Assembly (NCBI GenBank): GCA_051530055.1
Contig: CM121343.1
Coordinates: 4,434,389 to 4,498,388 of the forward strand
Origin: Neoechinorhynchus agilis
Lineage: Eukaryota; Animalia; Acanthocephala
DNA length: 64,000 bases
Direction: 5' to 3'
Both the position numbers and the translations under genes were made by a program. Shown piece by piece: positions 44,931 through 55,204 of the stretch. Position 1 is the stretch's first letter, and every line of letters starts with the position of its first letter. The notes under the pieces are model-generated. The model searched no databases. It saw only the letters and a list, made by a program, of their open reading frames with translations, and had not been told where the DNA came from.

Positions 44931-45654
44931 ACAACAAATGATCGATTATGTTTTGTAGACGCTTAATGATAGATATTACGGTGTGGTAAAGGGCGGGACG
45001 CGATGTGTATTATGTGAATTCTGAAAGCTTACACTATTTGAATAGCACGTTTCATCTCTGCATCGACGGTCAGTTTGAAAAAGTGAGATTCAGGAATTAT
45101 CTTTATTTCAAAACTCAATCAGTTCGCTTAAGATAGATCCAAACCATTAAAAAAACTAACGTCAGATCAAACGCGGATGTATTTTGAGGCTTCTAACATG
45201 GCCCTTTCACAAAGGGTAGTTCTTTTAATTTCAAAGTTCCATTGAACTTGAAAAACGCATTCCATTTGCTACGCTGTTGACTTCACTTCGCCGCGAACGT
45301 CATCTTTTTATATAACAATGAAGACGTAGTGAATGCGGCACTTCTCGTGACTTTATTTTTTGAAGCGTCTCGCAACTTCGCTTCTCCAAACTGACGTAGT
45401 AGCTTAGTTTTTCCACTTAAAATTCCTACAATCTATTTTAATGTTGCGTAATTGACGTCCATTTTGAAACGTGTTGCGCTCTCCCGCCAAATTCAATAAT
45501 CTGGGGCGCTCGATATACCCATATTTTCCACAAAGCGAATGATAAAATTGCCCCTCACTTCTACTTTGAGATTGGGACTCTTACATCTAAGAGCCTTCTG
45601 GCTCACTCGTCACTCACAGCTAATGAATCTGCTACTTCGAAGTCAGTTATTTCG

Positions 45655-46590
45655 GTGAGCTCATCTTCTACGAACAACAAGTACAAGCATTTGAGTACAT
45701 CCGGCATCTTTGCACAATCCCTCCTCGTTTCCCCGCCGCCATCATCATCATCATCATCATCCGAACAAGCTACGTTTCAACCAATAACGATTTTGGATAG
45801 CCTAAGAGAAGAGTCTTCATTTACAATTGTTTGTCTTATCGCTTTCTTTACCATTTCATTTGTCACGTTTTTACTTTGGCTTTTGAGAAACAGTGAACGG
45901 TACAATACCTATCACAAACCGATGTCTCAATCAGGAAACGTAAAGCGACGTTCGAAATGGTGCTGCTGTGGATCGCGAACTAGACAAGCGTCACAAGATT
46001 CAAGGCGATTTCTAACCCTTGAACGGTTGTTTTGGAGGACGGAGCCAACTCTTTCCATGCATGATAGAAAATCTAATTCCGAGAAACCTTTACTTACTTC
46101 AAAAGATTGGCAAGGATCCAGTATAGTGATTGATATGTTCAACGGAGAACGAGAATCAACCGGGCAAGAGGACAGATCATCTTTAACAATGAGACCATTA
46201 CAGCAAAAACTTTCGTCTTCAGGACTGCTACCAAAGCAGGCGTCCAATAGTCCACCATTGTTTCCATCAAATACAACTTTGGATCAAGATTCAATGGCCA
46301 GTAGCACGCCGTCGCATACAACAAGTCATTCGTTCGGATTTGATAAAGTACGATCCGGCTTCAAAAACAAGCAGCTTAACGCCAAGTGCACTGAACATTC
46401 CGCCCTACCAGTTGATAGCAACGTTGGTAGATCAAATACGAACATCAATAAGTTGCGACAGATTAGTACTTCAATCAGTCAGGAAACGGATCCATCTTAT
46501 GGAATTGTATTGCCGCCTCGGCCAACCAGCAATAGATCATCGATTGTTCAGAGCACCGATGGGTCGGAAAGTGAACGAAGTGTTTACTAA
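45655..46590 (+). CDS. Hypothetical single-pass membrane protein with Ser-rich tail; true start uncertain (frame open from about 45442)
   Basis: 311-aa ORF; hydrophobic FTIVCLIAFFTISFVTFLLWLL followed by basic residues and WCCC; the remainder is low complexity. Confidence 0.6.
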   Translation: MSSSSTNNKYKHLSTSGIFAQSLLVSPPPSSSSSSSEQATFQPITILDSLREESSFTIVCLIAFFTISFVTFLLWLLRNSERYNTYHKPMSQSGNVKRRSKWCCCGSRTRQASQDSRRFLTLERLFWRTEPTLSMHDRKSNSEKPLLTSKDWQGSSIVIDMFNGERESTGQEDRSSLTMRPLQQKLSSSGLLPKQASNSPPLFPSNTTLDQDSMASSTPSHTTSHSFGFDKVRSGFKNKQLNAKCTEHSALPVDSNVGRSNTNINKLRQISTSISQETDPSYGIVLPPRPTSNRSSIVQSTDGSESERSVY

Positions 46591-47811
46591 AAGCACGACT
46601 GTTAGTTTGTGTGCGTACCTCGGTCAATTGTTTATAAATTACGTGACATGCTTCTTATAGAATTATTTAAGCTTTAATCAGAAATAATCTTATTGGATGA
46701 TGGATAATGCTTTTTGATGCTTGCCTATTTAATAGTTTATTTTCTAGCTCCAATACCTCGCGATGAAAACAATGATATTATTCCTATCGAGCAATTTAAA
46801 ACATGTCATTTTATGGCACGTCGCCATTTGAAGGGCATCCTAAATTTAAGCATAAACCACCTTTTCTATTGGCTAATGATGAAAATAAAGATTTATGTTA
46901 GTCATTGGTTAAAATGGAATCGCTGTTAATCTTTAAACCCGACAAAAATTTCGTGTGCTCCTCGGAACAAAACAGTCTTTTTGCATTCAAAGGAAAAAAT
47001 CCAAATACTGTGAGCATCTCCGTCATATTTTTAAAATGTGATCAAATATCGATTCTTTGGTCAGTCCAAGATTCAGCTACATCAACTGTCGCCTTAAAGA
47101 GGATCGCAATTTGCTTCGAAAAGTTTATTGCACTTTAACTATACGGATAATGAACAGCTCGAGGAGTTATGATATAACTCGCATCGACTAAATATTATAC
47201 TGACTTGCACCAATAAAGATCTTTTTCGCTATTTACCAAGCATCAAACGCTATGGAAATCATCGACAGGTTTATGATCGATTTTAACATCTGATTCGATT
47301 GCGGCACAAAACTCCGTTCATCAATCGATGAGATTAGCCAGACTAATGTTTTGTAGGATGAATGCTCCTAATCTCGGAACAATTGATTGGCCAGGTCCTG
47401 TGCCGCTGGCTCTATCAAACTTTTCTCCTAGTTTTACGCACTCGTCATCGAAAATGGACGCCAAAACGCTAAGCATAATCCTTGCAAGCTAAAATTCAAT
47501 CAGTCTAAAACATTGACCAGAATCTCCTGTAAATGGTTGGATAGTTGAATTTTTCGAATGAAATGCACCTAAACGATTAGCTTATTGAGAATATTGGTTT
47601 CTACATTGACTCAATCAATTAGCATTGTTTTGAAATTCCGGCTGATCATGCAAATGATCAACAAACAGTCATAGATTGCCTTTCGAGGGCGCAAAAATAT
47701 GGTTCATGGAAACAGTTCCTTCTAGCCGATGATTAACTTTTCAAATATCTACAAAAAACCCACTGACTACCTCTTGGCACCTTACAACCATCAATAACGT
47801 TGTTTTTTTGC

Positions 47812-48073
47812 TCAACCACCGAACCCGTTTAAGGTTCTGCCCTGGCGTTTAAGGGCTTGGACAACGTCGATCGCTGTGATTGTCTTCCGTTTCGCGTGCT
47901 CCGTTTCGGGTCTCATCATAAATGAGCCCACTTATCGGTTTGAATCCATCGCAGCGTGCCAATCTTCGAATTGCGGGTTTCGTGATTCCTTCGATGTTGT
48001 CACGAAGGACTTTACGATGACGCTTAGTATCTGCTTTTCCCAGTCCTTTACCGCCTTTTCCTCGTCCTGCCAT
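47812..48073 (-). pseudogene. H4: Histone H4 pseudogene with internal deletion and frameshift
   Basis: [41 protein letters not shown], then in a shifted frame [30 protein letters not shown]; about 17 codons of helix 2 are missing. Confidence 0.92.
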
Positions 48074-48504
48074 TTTGTCGATGGCTAGAAGATAACTTTC
48101 TGGTGGATGTTGGGATTTAATTTTTTGATGGAAGGCTATTCAGCGATCGATCAACTCCGAATTCCGCTACATTCAATTCCTTCTGAAAACGCGGTAAAAC
48201 TTTCGTCATGATGGATAATACATGGGTTCTAAAAGAGAATGACAATGTTTGGATCAACTCATGATCAGATCTCGACAACTCGGAGAACTTCGCTGGAGTA
48301 TGGGAAAACTAAAAGAAGTTGGCCTTTTGAAAGTAACGCTAGCCACACAATCACAGAAACGATGAGTGAGCATGAGAAATATATAAAACTAATTTTATGG
48401 GTCTTCAACTAAGAAACAAACAAAGTAGAAATAAACTCTTTTCCAATCGGGATATTCCCGATCGAAGGCATAAAATTCTAACAAAACAACGATGTTAACC
48501 AGTG

Positions 48505-48727
48505 GCTGAGTTGCGTTCGATTGGTCGCTGTGTTCCACGGGGGTTGCGAGGCCGCTGGAAGGGTGGGGTCGGGTCTGAGATCGCCCATCGGCCCTAGAAG
48601 AGTGTTGGCCCTGTCCCTTCGAGTGCGGCCGAGCAACTCCGAAGTGTATGAGTTAGCCGAAAGGCTCCCAAAGACATGCCGTGAGGCCCTGAGTGTATGC
48701 AATTTAAGACAAATAAAATAAATAAAC
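48505..48727 (+). mobile_element. tRNA-derived SINE, family A, copy 3 (head partly deleted)
   Basis: Body is the reverse complement of 38490-38665; ends in AAATAAAATAAATAAA. Confidence 0.8.
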
Positions 48728-49147
48728 CATATCTTAAAAAGGTAATTTCGCCGCTCACATAATAGTTCGCATAGACAAACCAATATACGATTCCTGGAGA
48801 ACGCTTCGTGGATGGAACAGAAACGGACTTCAAAATGTGGGATGATCATAATCTCGCGGATAAAACATATTTTATTGTTCGCGAAATAGTTCGAAAGAGG
48901 AAGCCTCACCTCGTCGGTCATCTGAGATCCCTAAGGAGCCAAGGTCGTCTCCGACTGCAAAATCAGTTTTTGAAATGCAAACCCTTTAGCAAAAAAAGAT
49001 TTTTATTAAAGTTCAAAGTGAGCACGGTTCCGTTTCACAATAGCATTCAACTCATCACGATGTCCTTCATGTTGATAATAGGCCAGGGCGAGGTGGGTTC
49101 TTTAATTTATTGAAAAAATAGTTATACGCGCTAATTTCGGTGGTGGT

Positions 49148-51700
49148 GTGAGTGACTTAGGGATGATGGAGATCGATAAGGATAAGATTTGTTTGCGTGA
49201 GGGTGAGACAGGCAAAAGAATGCCTGCCGATGTTGCTGTATATAATGTTCAGGGCAATGAGATCGCTCAACGGTCTTCGGCCCTTGGAGGGGACAGTTGT
49301 TTTCCAGTTACTAATGAAGTTATGAAAAATAAGGTTTCAAATGGGTAAACTCTTCGCTTCATAAGGAAAGAAGACTACATCGTTGTGTAAAAAAATGAAG
49401 ATATACAGAAAACAGGAATTGATATCAAATGGATAATTAAAGAATTCGCGAAACTACATCCTTATGATGCTAAAATTTTCAAAAAATATTTGCCAACCAA
49501 TTCTCTCAAAAAGTAGTCCTATTTTCAGAAAAATATAAAACGCATTTCATTAAATATTTGCCTGATAAAAAGATCCCTTATTTGGATTTATCTCGGAAAT
49601 GCAATGTCCTAATTCTGAATCCTCCCCCAGAAATGGACGAAGAAGCCAAAAAATATATGAGGAATAAGTTTTCTGAAGTATCTTTTCAAGTCGAATTCCC
49701 AATTACTATATGGAATATTAGGTCAAACTGATATAGACAACGCTACCAGGAGGAACGGTAGTTCAATCGGACTCTGTGGCTTTACTGCTACTTTTGCGGT
49801 ATTTAAAGATTCCATGGATGATTTTATCCTTTACCAATGTCGGAAATGCCAAGGATGGATCACACTGCGTTCAAATGCGTCCACACTGTTATCTGTACGC
49901 ACTGTAGTGGTGCTCATCTCTCCAGTTGATGTTTAAATAAATTCCACAGAAAATGTGCTAATTGTGGTCTAGACCACAAAGCCTATGACACAAGGTGCGT
50001 CGAAGCCAAAAAATATCTAAACTTCTTTATGAATAATAATACTCCCAATCCCGGCAAGTCTATGGTTTCTCCTTTATGCTATAGCCAGCCTGCTCGTCTG
50101 GATAATAAGCCAAATGCGATTAGAAACGTGGTGTCGGATTTTGAAAAATTAAAATTGCGCTTTAAAGGGTTATTTCTAAGAAATTAGAGGCCTTCAAGAA
50201 CGAATACGATTTAAAATCTCAATCCTTGGAGGAAATTAGCAATGGTAGCGGGAACAGGAAACCCAATAAAGAAGAGAAGGTTGCTTCAGAAATTGTGGAA
50301 GCTCTAAAGAGGGCCATACCAATTACCAGTATAGAATTAAATCAGACGGGTTAGGGACCTCAAAAAAAACATGCAAATGGATAGTTTTCATTTTATCTCT
50401 TGCAACATAGGTAAATCCTATAATATTAAGGAAATAGATTCTAGAAAGCAAAATGACTTTTTTGCATGTTTTTTACAAGAAACGGGACCAAGACTCTTTT
50501 AATTCATCTAATTTTCAATGTTTTTTAACTCTGTCCATTCTATCATCTCGAACAAACTTCTTTGGAAGTTTGCAGTCTTACTTCAGAAAAGAAATTTCTC
50601 CTAAAATACTTTTCGAAAAGCACACTTATGAATTTGCCATTCAAATTATGTCCACTTTGAACCCTTTTCTACTTAAAGAAAAATATGGAGGACCATACCG
50701 TCTGATATGGGTTAATTTTTATCGGAATCCGAAATCAAACTTGAATAGATCGATTGAGATGGTGAGAGGTATTATCAATGTTTGGAAACCCGATATAGTG
50801 GTTGGTGACTTTAACAATAACTATTTGAATGCCTTTAGAAACATATTCTTTTCCGATTATATTATTTTACCGTGGGAACCATCTTTATATAATTGGTCCA
50901 GAGGGTGTCATTCTTTTATTGATGATACAGTCTTAAGAAACGAATTAATGTTCTATTTTCATTGGAAATGCAAGTAACAATTAAATATGATGCCATGATT
51001 TTTACCAGCACCGGAGGTGTATCGCAAAAGCCTTACATTATTAATAATAGCACGGTTTTATCTTTTAACAATATTATTTTATCTAAATTACCTGTAGTTT
51101 TAAGTCAAGATTCAGCTCGCCTCATCTTCAATAACTTGTGCTTTCTCGCCTTGGAGTTGTCTTTAAGAAAGACTAAGGATTTCGGTTTTTGGGAACATGA
51201 TTCTAATCTAAGTTATTTTATTAAATTGGAGGTGAAGGGCAGAGAAACTAGTTACCATTCAATAGCTAAATTTTTTAGAAACAAATATTTTACTTCGCTA
51301 CACTGGAATGAAATGAAGAAAGAGAAATAAATTTAATTTAAAAAGTGGATCCAAATTATTTGTTTAAATGACATATCACCTTTCTTATCAGAAAAATTTT
51401 TACGAAATATTCCTGAAACAATTAAGAAATGTTTAAGTGAGATCGACAGACTTTTGCGTATAGCTTCCTAATAACCGGAAAAAGGCTACCAATATCAGGA
51501 TCTCTACTCTTTCATCCAATCTCACAGATGAACCCAAAGTGGTCCAAAATAATAAACTGCTTGGGCTGCAAATTCCTTTACTAACTTACCCTAGGTATGA
51601 GTTGGGAAAATATAAAATATGTATTGAGAGTTTGCAACAATACCTGCATCCAAATCACCAGAATGGAGAACAATACCAAAACTATGGTATCGAATTGTTG
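49148..51700 (+). mobile_element. Decayed, 3'-truncated LINE: ORF1 with three CCHC knuckles and APE endonuclease
   Basis: 49835-50001 translates (one frameshift, one stop) to CRKCQGW.HTAFKC / CTHCSGAHLSS*C / CANCGLDHKAYDTRC, the ORF1 signature typical of I/Jockey-type LINEs. Endonuclease motifs LSCNI, NFYRNP, IVVGDFN, SFIDD. No RT motifs seen. Confidence 0.85.
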
Positions 51701-52374
51701 TCGTTACAACCGGTATTTTCGACGATGCAGCATTTTGATTACTACCAAATTTTTCAAATTCATTGTCGTAATATTTAGAGTTTCGTAGAACTCATTTATT
51801 TTTCGATTTACTTGCATAGTCGTTTTAAAATCAAAGCCAAGATTCAGCACTTTTTCTTTAGAAGCAAATTTGCTATTTGCAGAATTTACTAACGCGCTGA
51901 TCCCACAATTGCCGATAGCCAAAAGGCAAAACTAGCTGCAATGAGTGTATGCAAAAGGTATAGCCGGTTTAACTGTCTAATACTAAAAAATCGGCATTTG
52001 ATGCACTTTGGGACCTTAAGTATTATTTTGCTTCGTTGCTGTACTTGCAGTTGATGCTACTCTTGAGTAGTCTCTGGCACTGGACCATTCAAGGATAAAG
52101 TAATACCAGTACTATATTTACGAGAGCCAAATGACCACACGAACAAATGAATCATAGGACATAGTGCTTAATTCTATCGCAAGCAACGCCATTAATACGT
52201 CGCATAAATCAATACTTCTCAGCACATTGTAGACGATGAAACTCTTTAACCTAAAGCCCCGAAAATACCCCAGTCATAATAAGTATTTTGTGTGGAAGAT
52301 TGTAGAGTCAAATAGTATTGTATAGTTCGGTCTAGCCAAATACTCAGAGATTATTATGAAGGCCATTTAAAGTA

Positions 52375-52726
52375 ATATTATGGAAAGCCTCTTTTCCCAA
52401 CACCGTCATGTTTTATTCCAGATTTATTATCGAACGGAAAATGGGTGTTTTATTTGTTTATTGCTTCAAATTTTCGACGCCTTGCGTCTTCGTCAGGAAG
52501 CTTTTCTTCGGTTGTCTGAAAAGGAATCAGAGGAGGGCAACGCTGTCCGTCAGCTCATCCCTATTATTGAACATCCTCTCTGCCTCGTTGTGTCCGTCCT
52601 TGCTGCTCGTAACCCCACTCAATCCCACTACTCTCACGATTAATGCATAGCGCTTCGGCAATCGAGAGATCCGCCGGATCGGATGCCTTGTGCATCACCT
52701 CAATCTCGAAGGCTGGGCTGGCACCA
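52375..52726 (-). mobile_element. 5'-truncated Penelope-like insertion (352 bp) with a 16-bp target-site duplication
   Basis: Flanked by AAGGCCATTTAAAGTA at 52359-52374 and 52727-52742. Encodes FEIEVMHKASDPADLSIAEALCINRE (similar to the PLE GIY-YIG C-terminus), then a hammerhead motif and AATAAA. Confidence 0.7.
52463..52501 (-). ncRNA. Minimal type-I hammerhead ribozyme motif
   Basis: GCTTC-CTGACGA-A-GACGC-AAG-GCGTC-GAAA-AT-TT-GAAGC: perfect 5-bp helix I and helix II, palindromic AAUU helix III, UUU triplet. Confidence 0.8.
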
Positions 52727-54066
52727 AAGGCCATTTAAAGTACATTTGCGTTAGTCTTTGGAGAAATATGCATTGACCTTCAGGTCGTTTCTTCAGAACA
52801 TAAAAAGATGACTCCTCAGGCACCATATTATTCATATAAGAATGAGCTCTTTTGTCGAGTTTGCCTGTTCGAACCATTAAAAATTTCGCGTATTTTTTGA
52901 GAACTTTTTTTTGCGCAATATGCTTGAGACCATTTACTAGCGACAAGTGAAATCTCTGTATGAGATACATTTGTTTGTTGGAGCACCGAAGAGCAGTTTT
53001 GAAAGTGTCCTGTGGATCTAGGATGATGCTATTGTTTTACACGGAATGTGAAAGTCGCCCAATCGAATGAAGTGGTCAACTACTTAGAGATTATTATGAA
53101 GGCCATTTAAAGTACATTTGCGTTAGTCTTTGGAGAAATATGCATTGACCTTCAGGTCGTTTCTTCAGAACATAAAAAGATGACTCCTCGGGCACCATAT
53201 TATTCATATAAGAATGAGCTCTTTTGTCGAGTTTGCCTGTTCGAACCATTAAAAATTTCGCGTATTTTTTGAGAACTTTTTTTTGCGCAATATGCTTGAG
53301 ACCATTTACTAGCGACAAGTGAAATCTCTGTATGAGATACATTTGTTTGTTGGAGCACCGAAGAGCAGTTTTGAAAGTGTCCTGTGGATCTAGGATGATG
53401 CTATTGTTTTACACGGAATGTGAAAGTCGCCCAATCGAATGAAGTGGTCAACTACTTAGAGATTATTATGAAGGTCATTTAAAGTACATTTGCGTTAGTC
53501 TTTGGAGAAATATGCATTGACCTTCAGGTCGTTTCTTCAGAACATAAAAAGATGACTCCTCGGGCACCATATTATTCATATAAGAATGAGCTCTTTTGTC
53601 GAGTTTGCCTGTTCGAACCATTAAAAATTTCGCGTATTTTTTGAGAACTTTTTTTTGCGCAATATGCTTGAGACCATTTACTAGCGACAAGTGAAATCTC
53701 TGTATGAGATACATTTGTTTGTTGGAGCACCGAAGAGCAGTTTTGAAAGTGTCCTGTGGATCTAGGATGATGCTATTGTTTTACACGGAATGTGAAAGTC
53801 GCCCAATCGAATGAAGTGGTCAACTACTTAGAGATTATTATGAAGGTCATTTAAAGTACATTTGCGTTAGTCTTTGGAGAAATATGCATTGACCTTCAGG
53901 TCGTTTCTTCAGAACATAAAAAGATGACTCCTCGGGCACCATATTATTCATATAAGAATGAGCTCTTTTGTCGAGTTTGCCTGTTCGAACCATTAAAAAT
54001 TTCGCGTATTTTTTGAGAACTTTTTTTGCGCAATATGCTTGAGACCATTTACTAGCTACAAGTTGA
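52727..54066. repeat. 372-bp tandem repeat, about 3.6 near-identical copies
   Basis: TACATTTGCG at 52741, 53113, 53485 and 53857 (exact 372-bp period); identical minus-strand ORFs start at 52970, 53342 and 53714. Confidence 0.97.
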
Positions 54067-54538
54067 ATCTCTGTTTCGTTTGTTGGAATGTTAAAGAGGC
54101 TCTAACGTTTAAGGATACTCATCCGTGAGTCCTTTGTTCCGCTTGGGCGGTTGTTAAATGCGTAGAAATCATTTGTTTCATTGGCGCCATGGGGCTCGTT
54201 ATGAACGACTACACCAATCTTTCGAGCGATTTAACGTGAACTACATTCCTTTTTAGATAAGTATCTCAGTGTGAAGGTCTTATGTGCTCGTTATAGCGAC
54301 TTCTGCACGAATACCAACTGGGCTCCCTTACTGCTTTTTTTCTCTCGCTAGATGTCGCGCAACCACTCAACACAACGAAGAGAATGCTATCAACGCTCAT
54401 ATAGCGGAAACCTTAGCGTCGTCTGACGCTAGAAATACTAATTCTTGAAACAAAGAAAACGTCATAACGTTGACGGAACTCCATTTCTTATTTAATTCAC
54501 ATTTTTTGTAGACTTTAGCTCGTTTTAACCATCTTTAG

Positions 54539-55204
54539 ATGGGAGCTTCACTTGGTCGGTCAGAAGGACTTATTGGCGGTGGCGTACTTAGAGAAAATAC
54601 CGGGCTTGGAAAGACAAGCAGCGACAGTGGTCTAAGTAAAGAAGATTTTGATATCTTGCTAAACAACTCATTGTATTCGAAACAGCAAATCGAAGAATGG
54701 CACAAGATATTTTTGGCGGATTGTCCAAATGGTACGCTTACGAAACAACAGCTTGCGAAATCAATGACAAAGTGCTTTATATCACATAATCCCGATATCG
54801 GTCCTCCAGACGATAAAGAGGTTGATCGCTATGTTGACCGAATATTTTATACATTCGACGTCGACGAGTCGGGATTCATTGACTTCGTTGAGTTTCTGGT
54901 TGCTCTTAGTATAACTCTACGCGGGAAACCGAGGGACAAGCTCAAACTCGCCTTTGATATTTATGATCTTTCAAATGTTGGTCGAGTTCACAAGAAGGAA
55001 ATGCTCCAAATTATAACTTCTCTTTACGATCTCATGGGTAAAGAAGTGATTGATCCACATGAGAGTTCGGAGACGAGAGTGGACCTTGCATTTTCTAAGC
55101 TTGGTCTTGGACCTGACGATACGATATCAAAGGAAGAGTTTATTGAAGGATGTTTGGACGATCCCATCATAAGGGAACTCTTATTGTCCAGCGCGTGTTA
55201 TTGA
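54539..55204 (+). CDS. Neuronal calcium sensor family protein (hippocalcin/neurocalcin/recoverin-like), intronless CDS
   Basis: MG start, IEEWHKIFLADCPNGTL (cryptic EF1), FDVDESGFIDFVEFLVALSIT.RG...KLKLAFDIYDL, ISKEEFIEGCLDDP. Confidence 0.92.
   Translation: MGASLGRSEGLIGGGVLRENTGLGKTSSDSGLSKEDFDILLNNSLYSKQQIEEWHKIFLADCPNGTLTKQQLAKSMTKCFISHNPDIGPPDDKEVDRYVDRIFYTFDVDESGFIDFVEFLVALSITLRGKPRDKLKLAFDIYDLSNVGRVHKKEMLQIITSLYDLMGKEVIDPHESSETRVDLAFSKLGLGPDDTISKEEFIEGCLDDPIIRELLLSSACY

Noticed and set aside
45200-45217. Histone 3' stem-loop (GGCCCTTTCACAAAGGGT)
   Set aside because: The stem and loop geometry is non-canonical, and it lies 2.6 kb from the H4 pseudogene in the wrong position and orientation.
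45655-46590. Synaptotagmin (TM followed by a Cys cluster)
   Set aside because: No C2-domain motifs were found in the ORF or in downstream ORFs.
52770-52800. Hammerhead in each 372-bp unit (minus strand CTGAAGA-AAC-GACC-TGAA-GGTC-AATGCAT)
   Set aside because: The essential GAAA is missing and helix I cannot form; at most a dead relic.
52695-53714. The repeated 79-91 aa ORFs as a multigene family
   Set aside because: They are a by-product of the tandem unit; there is no recognisable domain and the C-terminus changes with the flank.
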